NCBI RefSeq assembly: GCF_009914755.1
Contig: NC_060933.1
Direction: 5' to 3' (one strand)
DNA from: the human T2T-CHM13v2.0 reference genome, Homo sapiens
Length of the DNA stretch: 64,000 nt
Position numbers and translations under genes: made by a program
Notes under the pieces: generated by a model
The model's database searches: none
Seen by the model: the letters and a program-made list of their open reading frames with translations, nothing else
What the model was told of the DNA's origin: nothing
Shown here: positions 26,730 to 42,504 of the stretch, piece by piece
Layout: each line of letters begins with the position of its first letter
How positions within the stretch are numbered: position 1 is the first letter of the stretch

Positions 26730-29700
26730 CAGTTCTATAGTAACAGTTGGACACTTCAATACCTCATTTTAATTAATGGATAGAAAAACCAGACAGAAGC
26801 TTTATGAGAAATACAAGACTTAAACAACAGTATAAACCATTGAGAGCTAATATACATATACAGAACAGTCCATCCAACAACAGCAGAACATACATTCTTT
26901 TCAAGTGTATATGGAACTTTCTCTAGGATAGGCCATATCTTCGTCCACAAAATATGTCCTAATCATTTTTAAAAGTTTGAAATCATACAAAATATAATTT
27001 ACAACCACAATGGAAGAAACAACAGATAAATAAGTGAAAACTGGAAAATTCACAAAAATGTGAAAATTAAACAATACAGTCTTAAACTACCAGTGAGTGA
27101 AAAAATAAATCACAAGCAAAATTATAAAATATCTTGAGACAAAATAAAAACAAAACATACCAAAACTTATTGAATGCAGTGAAAGTAGAGTTCAAGGGAA
27201 AATGTATGGATATAAACAACTACATTTAAGAAGAAATCTCAAATCAATATCCTCATTCTATACCTAAAGGCAGTGGAAGAAAACAAAAAAAGACTAAATC
27301 CAAAGCTAGCAGAAGGAAAGAAATAATAAAGAGCATAATTAGAGCATAAATCAATAAAATAGAATGTTGGAGAGCAGTAGAATAAATAAACATAGATTAT
27401 TTGAAAGATCAAGCCTTTCACTATATTGACTGAGCAAAAGATGGAAGACTAATTATTAAAATAATAAATGAAAGCAGAGCCATTACTACCAACTTTACAG
27501 AAATACAAAAGGATTACAGGAGTATACTGTGAACAGCTGTCTAACAACAAATTAGGTGCCCTGGATGAAATGGACGAATTGCTAGAAAGACACAAACTAC
27601 TAAAGTGGTTCAAGAAGAAAGAGAAAATCTGAATAGACCTATAACCTAAGAGATTGAATTAGTAATCGAAAGCGATTAACAAAGAAACATTTATGACCAA
27701 ATAGCTGCATTAACTGGTGAGTCAACCTAACATTTAAAGAAGAATTAATACCATTTCTTCTCAAAGTCTTCTGACAAAATATGTGAAGAAGGAATACTTG
27801 CTAATTCATTTTTTGATAATAGCATTATCCTTATACCAAAGCCAAGGAGAGCACAAAAAAGAGAACTACAGCACAATATCCCTTATGAATATATAAGCAA
27901 AAATCTCTGCAAAATACTAGCAATACTACCAAAATACTAGCAGCAATACTGTATAATCAAAGGATTGTAAACTATCACCCTGTGAGATTTATCCCCAAAA
28001 TGCAAGGGTGGCTCAACATATAAAAAAATCAATCAGTATAATGTACTGTAACAGTAAAATGAATACGCACATGATTATTTCAATTGATGAAGAAAAAACA
28101 TTGATGAAATACAATACCCTTCTATAATAAAAATACTCAATAAACTAGGCATAGAAGGGAACTTCTGCAACCTGACAATGGGATGTATAAAAACCCAACA
28201 GTTAATATCATGATCAATGATGAAACACTGAAAGCTGTTTTCCTAACACCTAGAACAAGACAAGGATGGTGCATTTGCCACTTGTATTCAACATAGCATT
28301 GGCAGTTCTACCCAGAGCAATCAGGCGAGACAAAGAAATAAAAGGCATCTAAATTAGAAATAAAAAATAGAAGTAAAATTATATCTACACATGATCTTAT
28401 GTGTATAAAGCTCCAAACAAAACACAAAACCGATTATAACTAATAAAAGAGGCAGGATGCAAAACAAACATATGCAAATGAGCTATATTTCTATATAGTT
28501 GTAAAGAACTATGAAAACATTTAAAAAATTCCATTTATAATAGCATCAAAGAATAAGTTATTCAGGCATAAATCTAATCATGGTGGTATACACAAAACTT
28601 TGCTGAAAAAAACTAAAGAGAGTGGAAATAACTGGAAAGACATTCTGTGTTCACGGGTTGTAAGACAATATTGTTAAGATGACAATACCATCTAAAGTAA
28701 TCTACAGATTCAATGCAATACCATCAAAATCCCAAAGGCATCTTTGCAGAAACAAAGAAACTCATTCTAAAATTCATACAAAAATTCAAAGGATCTGACA
28801 GACAAAAACAGTCTTGAAAAAGAATATTGGAAAACTCACATTTTTCAGTTTCACAACCTATTACAAATCTACAGTAATCAAGAGAGTGTGGTACTGGCAT
28901 AAGACCAATAGACTTTTAGACCAATAGAATAGAATAGATTTGAGATCCTACAAATTAGTCCTCACATATATGGTCAATGACTGTTCAACAAGGTGGCCAA
29001 GTCTAGTCAAGGGAGGAAAGAACAGTCTCTTCAACAGCTGGATGTCAGTGCACAAGAGAGAAGTTAGAACCCTACCTTGCAGTATATACAAAAATTAATT
29101 ATAAATTAATAAAAGACTTAAATGTAAGGACTAAAAATATGTAACTCTTAGAAGAAAACACAAGGTAAACCTTTATGACCTTTGAGTTTTAAGTGTATTT
29201 TGAAGTATGACAGAAAAGCACAGATAACAAAAGAAAATACTCATAAATTAGATTTAATCAAAATAAAAAACCTTTATGCATCAAAGGATACCATCAAGGG
29301 ACTGAAAAGACAACCCATAGTATGTGAGAAAATACGTATCTGATAAAATCAAAGTGTGTATCTGATAAAAGCTTAATATCCCACAACTCAACAACAGAAT
29401 TTCTAACATCCCAATTAAAAAATAGGCAAAGGACTTGAATAGACATTTCTCCAAAGAAGATACATAAATGTCTATGAAGGACAAGAAAAGATGCTAAGCA
29501 CCATTATTCATTAATAAAATGCAAGACAAAATCAAAACGAGATGCCACTTTGCATCCACTAGTAAGGCTTTCATAACAACGACACAGAAAATAAATGTTG
29601 CTAAAGAGGTGGAGAAATTGGAGCCCTCGTGAACTGACTGCTAGGAATAGAAAATGATGCACTTGCTGTGGAAAACAATTTGGTGGTTCCTCACAGAATC

Positions 29701-30215
29701 ACACAGAGAAACAGAAATTCCACTCCTAGGTATTATTCACACACAAAAAAATTGACAGCAGGGTCTGGAACAGATATTTTTACACCCAAGTTAATTGCAG
29801 CGTTATTCGTTATAGCCAAAAGGCACGGACAACCCGTGTCCATCAACAAATGAATGGATACACAAATATGATACATAAATAATAGAATATTATTCAGCCA
29901 TTAAAGAGGATGAAGTTCTGATACATGCAACATGGGTGAAACTTGGAAATATGATGCTGAGTGAAGTAAGCCAGACACGAAAGGACAGATGTTGTATGAT
30001 TCCACTGATATGAAATATCTAGAATAGGCAAATTTGTGAAAATAGAATGAAGATTAGTGTTTCCCAGAGACTGGGGAGAGGTAGCAATGCTGGGTTATTG
30101 TTTAATGGGTACTTTATTTCTGTTTGTGATAGAAATGAAGATGCTGGTTGTACAAAACTGGGAATGTACTTAATGCTACTGAATTATATACTTAAAGTTA
30201 AAATTTTAACACAAT
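26730..30215 (+). mobile_element. Old 5'-truncated L1M (ORF2 3' part and 3'UTR)
   Basis: Diverged homology to the L1PA ORF2 in this window, A-rich, with an L1MB-like 3' end. Confidence 0.85.
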
Positions 30216-30229
30216 TTAAAAATTTAAAT

Positions 30230-30810
30230 ATAGATCTGAGAATTCCTATATCCATTTTTATTTAAAAGTTATTTGCTCAATTGCCAAATATTAAGGTTTT
30301 TCTGAATATATTTTTGTTATTGACTTAATTTAGTCCTATTTTGCTCAGAGTACAAACTGTCTATGATTTAAATCCTTTTATATTTATTGAGAATTATTTT
30401 ATGGTCCAGTATTTAATCTATCTTGATTAATGTTCCACATACACTTGAAAAGTAGATCTGATGATCGTCACCTTTACTCTGTTGATATCTGTTTCACACA
30501 TTTTGAAGTTTCACTAGGTTCACCCATTTAAGATTGTTAATTTTATGAACTGGCCTATTTTGATTATGACTCGACACCTTTATCTTTGGCAGTACTCCTG
30601 TTCTGAAGACCACTTTATCTAATATTAATATGGGCATACCAACTCTTTTAGGATTAGTATTTGCATGGCACATTTACATCTATACTTTTGCCTAAATGTT
30701 GTGTCTGTATCTAAAATGTGGTTCTTGTGAGCAGCATAGTGTTGGGTCTTGTTTATTTATTTATTGTTTAATCTCATCTGAAAATCTGAACTTTGAAATT
30801 GAGATATCCA
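30230..30810 (-). mobile_element. Old L1M fragment, antisense
   Basis: T-rich, diverged sequence resembling the reverse complement of the L1 ORF2 endonuclease region. Confidence 0.6.
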
Positions 30811-30819
30811 GTCCTTCTA

Positions 30820-31128
30820 TATTTATGTATTAGAAACAGGGTCTGGCTCAGTCACACAGGCTGGGCTGCAGTGGCATGATCATAGCTCATTGTAACCTTG
30901 AACTCCTAGGGTCAAAAGATCCTCTCACCTCAGCCTCCTGAGTAGCTAGGAATGCAGGGATATGGCATTGTGCCTGGCTAATTTTTTATTATTTAAATTT
31001 TTCTTTTTTTGCAGACACAGGATCTCACTATGTTGCCAGGGCTGGTCTCAGACTCCTGGTCTCAACTCATCTTCCCACCTCAGCTCCCAGAGTGCTGGGG
31101 TTACAGGCATGAGCTATGAAGGCTGGGC
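30820..31128 (-). mobile_element. AluJ
   Basis: Diverged antisense Alu. Confidence 0.85.
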
Positions 31129-31297
31129 CCTTTTATATTTAATGTAATGGTTGAAATGACTAGATTTAAGTGTACCCTGTTGCTATTTGTTTTCTGTCTC
31201 TGTTTCTTTTTTTCTCGATTCTTCCTTTAGTGTGATTATTTTTTAGTCTTCTGTTTTCTCTCTTCTGCTGGCTTTTTAGCTATATCTGTTTGTTTCA

Positions 31298-31981
<684 letters not shown>

Positions 31982-32761
31982 TGAATTAATATTTTAACAC
32001 TTTTGTTAAAGATAAGAGCCTTAAAATGGTATAATTCCAATTACTCTCCTTTGTCCTTTATGTTAGTTTTGTCACTTATTTTTTTTCTGCATGTTTGTTG
32101 TGAGTTATCAGGAATTAGTGTTGGATTTTGCCAAAATTCTTTTATGTCTTTTGACATGATTCTATTGATTTTCTACTTTATTTATTTATATGATGTACTA
32201 TGTTCATTGTGTTTTAGATAGTAAACCAAATTTGCATTACTAGTATTAATTCCAGAGACATGTAGTGTATGATCGTCTTACATACTGTTGGATGTAATTT
32301 GCTTCCAGGCTGTTAAACATATTTGCAGGTAAACTTATGAGAGACATTGTTTGGCACTTTCCTTTTCTTCTGATGTCTCCATCCTGCTTTGGTATCAAGC
32401 TAATACTGGCTTTCTAAAATGTTTTGGCATATCTTCTCTTCTGTATTTGCTGGAAATGTTTGTGTATGACTGATATACTTTCTTCCTTAAATGTTAGATG
32501 GAATTCATGGGTTAAGGCTTCTAGCACTACACTCTTCTTCAGAGGGAATATGTTTAATTACTAATTCAATTTTTTTTTACTTTATATACATCTATTAAGA
32601 TTTTCTATTTGTTCTTTAGTCAATTTTGCTACTTAATGTCTTTGTCGGAATTTGCTTATTTCATTTATGTTGCTAAACTTGTTGACATTAGTTGTTCATC
32701 ATAATACCTTAAATTCTTTTAAAATTTCTGTTGAATCTGTTGTGAGGTTCTATCTTTCATT

Positions 32762-33834
<1,073 letters not shown>

Positions 33835-34248
33835 TAATTTTCAAACATGTAACTAGCAGGGGTCCCAGTAATGGGGGGACCATTATTGCATGCTTTGAAA
33901 TTTGAGGGTCTCATTCTGCTGATTAATGTCTAGGCAGCAAAAAACAAAACAAAAAGCAGAACAAACCAAAAAAGTCTACGATGCCTATCAGGGAATGTTT
34001 AAGGTTTGTACCAGTGTTTTTTTTTTTTTACGGTATGCTTGACACAGAATTTTGTTTTACTTGCTGGGCAGGCTGTGATCTAATTGCCTAGTTGTGACCA
34101 ATTTTTCCCTAGATGCATAAATTTTTTTCTGAGACTGGCAGACCACTAAGGGTCACCTTGCCAGCCTGTGTACCAGTTAATTAATCCTTACCCAAGAGAC
34201 TTTTTCTTCCAAGACTTTTTCCTCCAAGACTGTCCTAATAGTTTATTA

Positions 34249-34551
34249 ATTTTTTTTTTTTTTTTTTTTAGACAGAATCTTGCTCTGTTGCTCAGGCTGC
34301 AGTGCAATGGCACAATCTCGGCTTACTGCAACCTCTGCCTCCCAGATTCAAGCAATTCTCCTGCCTCAGCCTCCTGAGGAGCTGGGACTACAGGCGTGCC
34401 CACCATGCCCAACTAATTTTTGTATTTTTTCTAGAGAAGGGGTTTTTTGCCATGTTGGCCAGACTGGTCTGGAACTCCTGACCTCAGGTGTTCCACCTGC
34501 CTCGGCCTTCCAAAGTGCTGTAATTGCAGGCATGAGCCACCACACCTGGCC
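34249..34551 (-). mobile_element. AluS
   Basis: Antisense Alu. Confidence 0.9.
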
Positions 34552-34624
34552 CCTAATGGCTTTGAAAGGGTTGACTCATGCCCGCCTTTATAGAAAGTAG
34601 ATTTTGCTCTCAAGAAACATTTAG

Positions 34625-34908
34625 GGCCAGGCGCAGTGGCTCATGCATGTAATTTGGGAGGCTGAGGCAGTAGGATCCACTAAGGCTGGGAGATCAGGAC
34701 TGGCCTGGGCTATATAGTGAGACCCTGTCTCTACAAAATACAAAAAAACAAAAAATTAGCCGGGTGTGCTGGCATGTGCCTGTAGTCCCAGCTGCTGGGG
34801 AGGCTGTGGCAAGAGGATCACTTGAGCCCAGGAGGCTGAGGCTACAGTGAACTATGATTGCACCACTGCACTCTTGCTGGGGTGACAGAGCAAGACCCTG
34901 TCTAAAAA
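34625..34908 (+). mobile_element. AluJ
   Basis: Sense Alu with gaggatcacttgagcccaggagg. Confidence 0.85.
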
Positions 34909-35860
34909 TATGTATATATTTTACACTAGTTCCTTATTAATTTTTAAAATATGATTTTCTGCAGAATCCTGGCAATGTCTTTTTTTAAATCTATGGACAT
35001 GAACACATAACATTCTCACTGATTCTCTTAACATAATTAATTGTATTAATGGATTTCCAAGTGTTGACTCTCACTTGCATTTCTGGCACAAAAGGCAGTG
35101 GATTATGATGTAATGTTTCAATGTGCTGACACAATGGCTTCTAATATTTAAAAGTTTACATTTATATTCACACGTCCTATACTTTTGTAATACATGGCTC
35201 AAACCAGGGTAAGACCTCATATCACCTTTATGCACCCTTCCTGAAAACTATTGGGAAGATTGACTAAGACTTGAATAGTTTAGGTAGCGTCAGGTTATCA
35301 GTTAGTTTACTAGTAGAATTTCTCTCTGGATCATATGAACTTGGTGCTTCTGTGTATATGAGGGACTCTGATAAATGTCTCTGTTTCTTTTATAAATATT
35401 ATACAATTTAGAATCTCTATTTCTCTAGGGGTAAATGTTAATAAAATATATATTTATAGAATATATAACATCTACATTTGATTGTTAATTTACATTGGAA
35501 TGCCCAACATTGTTCCCATTTATTTTTCATATCAGTATTTGACTTCAAGTTGCTGTTTGCACTGTAATCTGTTCACATATCCTTCTCAAGTTCCTCGCAT
35601 GATCCCATTTCTCTGTTCACAGTGAAATAATAGTTTGGCTCAGGAATCTGAGGATTAACAGAAAATTGGGTTTTCTGTAGGGGACCATCTCAGGAAAGCA
35701 CAGACTCTAGTAAGACGCGTGTGCTCTGCTGCTAGCCCCTCAGTCTAGACTCACCCCTTCCTGCTCCCTCCCTAGGAGCCCCTTCCTGTTGCCTCCAGGG
35801 ATTATGGAAAGCAAGAGCCTCTGCCAAACACTCTCATCTTGCTAGAGATGCCCACTAGAA

Positions 35861-36830
35861 TGTGGGGAAAAGAAAGCGAGATCAGACTGTTACTGTGTCT
35901 ATGTAGAAAGAAGTAGACATAAGAGACTCCATTTTGTTCTGTACTAAGGAAAATTCTTCTGCCTTGAGATGCTGTTAATCTGTAACCCTAGCCCCAACCC
36001 TGTGCTCGCAGAGACATGTGCTGTGTTGACTCAAGGTTTAATGGATTTAGGATTATGCAAGATGTGCTTTGTTAAACAAGTGCTTCAAGGCAGTATGCTT
36101 GTTAAAAGTCATCACCACTCTCTAATCTCAAGTACCCGGGAACATAATATACTGCGAAGGCTGAAGGCCACAGGGACCTCTGCCTAGGAAAGCCAGGTAT
36201 TGTCCAAGGTTTCTCCCCATGTGATAGCCTGAGATATGGCCTCATGGGAAGGGAAAGACCTGACCATCCCCCAGCCCGACACCGGTAAAGGGTCTGTGCT
36301 GAGGAGGATTAGTGAAAGAGGAAGGCCTCTCTGCAGTTGAGATAAGAGGAAAGCATCTGTCTCCTGCTTGTCCCTGGGCAATGGAATGTCTCGGTGTAAA
36401 ACCCGATTGTATGTTCCACCTACTGAGATAGGAGAAAACCACCTTAGGGCTGGAGGTGAGACATGCTGGCAGCAATACTGCTCTTTAATGCACTGAGATG
36501 TTTGTGTATGTGCACATCAAAGCACAGCACCTTTTTTTAACCTTGTTTATGACACAGAGACCTTTGTTCATGTTTTCCTGCTGACCCTCTCCCCACTATT
36601 ACCCTATTGTCCTGCCACATCCCCCTCTCCAAGATGGTAGAGGTAATGATCGATAAATACTGAGGGAACTCAGAGACTGGTGCCAGGGCGGGTCCTCCAT
36701 ATGCTGAGCGCCGGTCCCCTGGGCCCACTTTTCTTTTTCTATACTTTGTCTCTGTGTCTCTTTCTTTTCTCAGTTTCTCATTCCACCTGATGAGAAACAC
36801 CCACAGGTGTGGAGGGGCTGGCCCCCTTCA
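35861..36830 (+). mobile_element. Solo HERV-K(HML-2) LTR5 (LTR5B-like), 970 bp
   Basis: TGTGGGGAAAAGAAAG...GGGGCTGGCCCCCTTCA with TSD tagaa (35856-35860 and 36831-36835). No PBS or internal sequence follows. Confidence 0.95.
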
Positions 36831-37352
36831 TAGAAAATTGTACTTGTTTTTGGTAATTGGTAACTGGGACAAAGTTTCTTGAAATATCTTTAGCTCCCCA
36901 AATATGCACTGTCATTGTTGCCGCAAGTGAAATGCTCATTGCAGTGCTGCAAAAAGGTGAGGTCACAGGACACAAACCCGTATCTGAGACCTGGATGCCT
37001 TCCTCCACGCACTCACCCACTGGCTGTCCTGAGCATCACTCTGCACCTATTGTCACAGCAACAAGGGAAAAATCAGGTGAGTATTTTCTATTTCAGTCTA
37101 GAAGGCATAGCCTGCAAAGGAAGGAAGTGTGCTGGGAGATGGAGCAGGGTCTTTTGTCTGGAAAACGGAATTCTGGGCTAGAAACTAAGTCGGTGCCAAC
37201 GCAATGCAGGGAAGGGGAAATCATCACTGGGTCGTGGGCTGCACTCGTGGAGAAGGAATGGAGGTCAAGACCATAAACCAGCCCCTAACTGCTTCTCATT
37301 TAATGTAATCCTCACTGTTCATCATTGTTGGTTTGAATAAAGTCATGAAATC

Positions 37353-37649
37353 TTTTTTTTTTTTTTTTTTTGAGACAGGGTCTCATTCTATTTCTCAGGC
37401 TGGAGTGAAGTGGTGCAATTGTGGCTCACTGCAGCCTCGAATACCTCAGCTCAAACGATCCTCCCACCTCAGCCTCCTGAGCAGCTGGGACCACAGGCAT
37501 GTGCCACCACACTCAGCAAACTTAAAAAAAATTTTTGTAGAGACAAGCTCTCCCTATGTTGCTCAGGCTGGTCTCCTGGCCTCAAGCAATCCTCTTGCTT
37601 CAGCCTCCCAAAGTGTTGGGATTATAGGCGTGAGCCATCACATCCAGCC
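37353..37649 (-). mobile_element. AluJ
   Basis: Antisense Alu. Confidence 0.85.
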
Positions 37650-39286
37650 TATTTTTAAGTTCTCTAATATAATTTGGAAATTAATTTGCCCGCTGCCCTG
37701 TCTTATCTGCATGAACATTTCCAAGATTTGTAGAGGTGTTTCTATGACACCTCCATGCCTGTGATCATGTATAAGATGTAGCTGATTGAATTATCTTATT
37801 CTGTTCAGAAATAGTAAATATAGTGTTTTCACCAACTCTGTGCATAGAATATACCAAATGGAGACCATAAGTGTGTCATGACAGAAAAAATCTATTGTCT
37901 CTTTATTATGGTGAGACTCTTTTCCCTCATTAAATCAGCAAAGAAAAGTAACTGAATTTAGCTTTTTGTGTTAGAAAAAAACATTATGCTCCTCAGCAGT
38001 TTTCAGAATTGCATTATTTTTTATCTTTCCTCTTGTTTAAAAATGTTTTCATGTCATCCCCAGGCTCAGTGCTCATGTTGGGTCAATGTATAATCATTAC
38101 CTCCAGTTTTTCTTGTGCATAATGGACTTGAGTTTTAATATAGTGAACTGTTCTGACATTGAAATACTATATTTGATATTTTCACATTCTCCAGTCCTCA
38201 CTTTTTTTTTTTCTACACTCATGGTAATTTAGTTTCTCCTCTGCAATGCTTTCCCTCCTACTCGTTTTCCTTCTCCCTTGCTTAGCACACGGTCATTCCA
38301 TTATGCCCTCCTTCTTGGTTAAGATGGAAAAGAACCTCCTCTTTTAATTCCATTTGTGCATTTAAGAAATTCCATTTGGTTGTATATAATTATTCTTCTA
38401 AGATTATGCTAAGATCAGACTATCTATATTTTACTTGGATCTCTGATCACTATAGATGATATTTGCCTATAAAACAAGTATTGGTGTTTTCAGTCACAAT
38501 CAAAAAGAAAAAACTCAAAACGATTCTTTTAAAAACTCACAAGAGGTACAAAAATATTTTTTAAATACATGGATTGTCTTAAAAATTATTTCTCTCTGTT
38601 GCTACGACAGCATAGTGGTCAAGTCCATTGTCAGCTTCTGACACTGCCTCTTACAAGGAGGTGACTTTGGAAATGTCATTCAGCCTTCCTGTGCCTGAGA
38701 TCGCCTCACCTGTCAAATGGGAACAATAAAGCACTTCAAAGAATTGTTGTAAAAGTTCTATGTAAAACACTATTATAGTACTCTTATGCTAGGAATATAT
38801 ATCTATACACACATATATTTTTATAGTGAAACTCTCAGGAAGAGGAAAATGAAGTTTAATAGGAAATTAATGGCTTGAAAACAATGGTAAGTGGGAAAGA
38901 GTGGCTTTCAGTTGCCATGGTACGACAGGCCTCTTGTTTCCATGCCAGATCCTCTCACTCTGAATAGGATGATCAGTCATTGAAAAAAGACAAATGGCCT
39001 CCAGGGATGTGGCAATAGGAATATGATCTTCTTATCTCAGACCACAGTAGGATTCCTGGGCAATTGCTTTCTTCATCACCATTATAGTTATTTATTTCAC
39101 CAGATGCACATTAAGGTCCACAGATCTGATTCTGCAGCACCTGACTGTAGCCAACTCCTTGGTCATTCTCTCTAAAAAATGCTCCATATCCTTGTCAATG
39201 CTTGGTATTGGAAATCCTTTTAATTTAAGTCATTCTGGTGGTAGTTTTGGTATCTCATTATAATTTCAATGTCCATGATACAGCTA

Positions 39287-39580
39287 TTTTTTTTTTTTTG
39301 AGACAGAGTCTGACTCTGTTGCCCAGGCTGGAGTGCAGTGGTGCCATCTCACTCACTGCAACCTCTGCCTCCCAGGTTCAAGTGATTCCTGTGCCTCAGC
39401 CTCCTTAGTAGCTTGGATTATAGGTGTGCACCACCAAGCCCAGGTAATTTTTGTATTTTTAGTAGAGATGGGGTTTTGTCATGTTGCCCAGGCTGGTCTC
39501 CAACTCCTGGCCTCAAGGGATCCACCCACCTCGACCTCCCAAAGTGTTGGGATTACAGGTATGAGCCACTGCACCCAGTC
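39287..39580 (-). mobile_element. AluS
   Basis: Antisense Alu flanked by a catga(t/c)a..gcta TSD remnant. Confidence 0.9.
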
Positions 39581-39689
39581 ATGACATAGCTATTAATATA
39601 GAACTTTTCATGTGGGCCTATAGGTCAATCTAGGAATTCGCCCTTTCAGAGGCTATTCATATTTATATGCATATTGGTGCATGGCAGGG

Positions 39690-40100
39690 GTTGGTGTATA
39701 CACCTTGGTGTATGGCTGAGCCATAACTGGAGCATACCTGAGAATTACCCTATTCTAAGTGTGTTTGGAGTCCCAGGCTAAGGAATCCGGGAGTAGCCAA
39801 CACTGAGATTCACTACTTATCTATGAAGGACAGCCATATCCCTGCCCCATCCCTTGGAACACAGGCTGTACAGGTGATCGAGGCCCTTTGTTTTGGGTTA
39901 AATGGAGATTGCTAGAAGGAGGGTTCTAAGTGAAAATGCTATATGCTATATGGACTACATGCTTTTTTTTTTTTTAATACGAACGGTAGTATTTCTCCAG
40001 GCCAGCCCACCACCACTGGACCACCCCTGTATATAACTCCTGAAAAAACCTTGTTTCCTTCACTGGTTCTGCCTCTCTTACAGTGCCATCCCAATCGGAA
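39690..40100 (+). mobile_element. Old ERVL-class LTR (MER54/MER74-like)
   Basis: ctaagtgaaaatgctata...ccagcccaccaccactggac resembles these LTR families as I recall them. Confidence 0.45.
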
Positions 40101-40139
40101 TCAATGGGGATCCGGAAGGACAATTGGCCATTTAGATAA

Positions 40140-41035
40140 CATTTGAAAATTAACCAATGTAATTGGTTACATTGTAACATTATTATTAAAATATTATTTT
40201 AAAATTATTATTATATAACAGTAACATATTATTATTAAAAATACATATGAACATTTCAATAAAGGCAGAAAAAGCACTTGATATTGAATGCTTTCCTCTT
40301 GATTTTACAACCAAGACAAGGAAGTCCATTATCACTATTTCTATTCAATAGTGGACATACTAGCCAGCAACAAAACTAAAAGGTATAAAGATTACAGGAA
40401 AGTTAAACCATCTCTATTCACAGATTGGAAGATTGTAATCACATAAATTCCAAAAGACTCTGTAGTCTTTTTGTCCCTTACAAATAATAAGGGAACTTAG
40501 CAACATGCTTGAATATAACATCAATATGTAAAAATCAATAGCATTTCTATATTCTTACAACAAACGAGAATATAAAAAAATAAAATGCTATTTAACATCG
40601 CATTTAAAACACTGCTCAAGAATAAATCTAATGAAATATATGTTTGATCTCTATACTGCAATCGATCCAAGCACAACTTGGATCCAAACATTAAGATATA
40701 AATATGTGTACAATCTACAAAATATTACCAGGAAAAATTAGAGGCCACTTAAATAAATGGTGGGAAATAATGATATTAATGGATTGAAGGACAGTATTGT
40801 TAATATACTAGTTTTCCCCAAACAGATCTACAGATCCAACGCAAGCCCAGTACAAATCCTAGCAGTTTTGTTTTTTTTTTAAACTGACAAGCTAATTCCA
40901 AAATTCACCTACAGATACAATAGCCTTAGAATAAGCCAAAGCAATCTTGGGAGAATAAAGTCACAGGACTTCAAGACTTATTATAAAGCTACATGAATTA
41001 ACACAGTTTGATAGTGGTATAAAGTTAGAAAAAGA
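40140..41035 (+). mobile_element. Old L1M ORF2 fragment
   Basis: A-rich diverged ORF2-like sequence (aaaggcagaaaaagcacttga, gacttcaagacttattataaagctac). Confidence 0.7.
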
Positions 41036-41462
41036 CCACTCCCTCCAGCTCCCCATTCTGCCCCCATCCCTGGAAGGCGCTGGCAGCTTTCCCCATCCGA
41101 TCTGCATGGGTCAAAGGGCGCTGACGGAGGGCCTGACCGACCGGGATGGGAAACAAAGCGGCCCTGAGATCACTTTAGGCCACCTTCTGTCCCTCAGTGC
41201 TTTCGGATAGAAAAGGTTTTCCTTCTTGGTCTAGGAAGCCCACTAAGAAGAAAGCCTGGGCTGTGGAGTTATGAGGAAGGGAATGAATAGTACACGGGGG
41301 CCAGGCGCGTCTCCCCAGGAACCAGAAGGCCTTTAGCTCTATTAGTTCAGAACGACTTCCAGCGAGTCCCAGCCCTTTTCCATTCCCAGCGCAACGATCG
41401 CCGGAATCCAGGCGCCATCCAGGCCCCTCTGTTCCCTGAAAAGACCACGCAGCCTCCAGTGA

Positions 41463-41874
<412 letters not shown>

Positions 41875-42066
41875 TGGAGCTTGTGTTACTAAAAGACATG
41901 CAAACGCCCTTAACCGCTAAGCTCCTGAGGGGTAACGGTATGCTACAAAAGTGCTTCTGAGCTACTACTCCTGGAGGCTTGGTCCGAGTGACCGCAGCAG
42001 TGGGCGCGGTGGAAGAGAAGGAGAACGTGTTGGCCCGGGCCTCCATAACCATGGCTGCTAGGGGCG

Positions 42067-42108
42067 GGGACTGGGAGCGCGGGTCCCGGGACTGGGAGCG
42101 CGGGTCCC
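42067..42108. repeat. Perfect 21-bp tandem duplication in the promoter
   Basis: gggactgggagcgcgggtccc x2. Confidence 0.95.
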
Positions 42109-42332
42109 AGGCCAGGGTGCGGGCTGGGAAGACTCGGTCCTCCACTGCCCCAGCAGGCCACGCGCCCGCGCGTAGCCTCCCGCCCCGCTAGCAGCACGCT
42201 GCGTGGCTGCTCGTTGGCTACTTACGACGGAAGCTCGGTTGGGGTTTCTGCAGAAGTTTCCCCCTTGGGCGGTGGCGGAGCTGATAAGCGCGCTAGTAGC
42301 AGCTCTGGCAGAAGCAACGGTGGCTTCGAGGG

Positions 42333-42370
42333 ATGGCGGCGGCTGCAACAGGACCTGCAGCATCCCAGAG
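42333..42370 (+). pseudogene. SUGT1P4: SUGT1-like exon 1, coding part (38 nt)
   Basis: ATGGCGGCGGCTGCA...CCCAGAG|gtgcgt. Confidence 0.9.
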
Positions 42371-42456
42371 GTGCGTGTTTTTCCTTCCCTTTGCTATTTA
42401 TTTTATCCCCTTTCCTTGGCTAGTGGGTCCTGCTGAAGTCGTTGTTTTCCTGAGAG

Positions 42457-42504
42457 GTTTTTTCCAGAGCTTCTCAGATGCTCTAATCCACTGCGGCGTT
42501 AGAG
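42457..42504 (+). pseudogene. SUGT1P4: SUGT1-like exon 2, shortened and frameshifted
   Basis: FFQSFSDALI is followed by loss of the DEDPQ-coding bases; donor TTAGAG|gtgaga. Neither candidate acceptor (42455 or 42457 start) restores the phase needed by exon 3. Confidence 0.88.

Noticed and set aside
33840-34200. Possible ERV internal fragment
   Set aside because: Only a vague resemblance; I could not assign a family or boundaries.
36857-37276. 139-aa ORF just downstream of LTR5
   Set aside because: Non-ATG start, no recognisable homology, and not HERV-K gag (no PBS, and the TSD closes the element).
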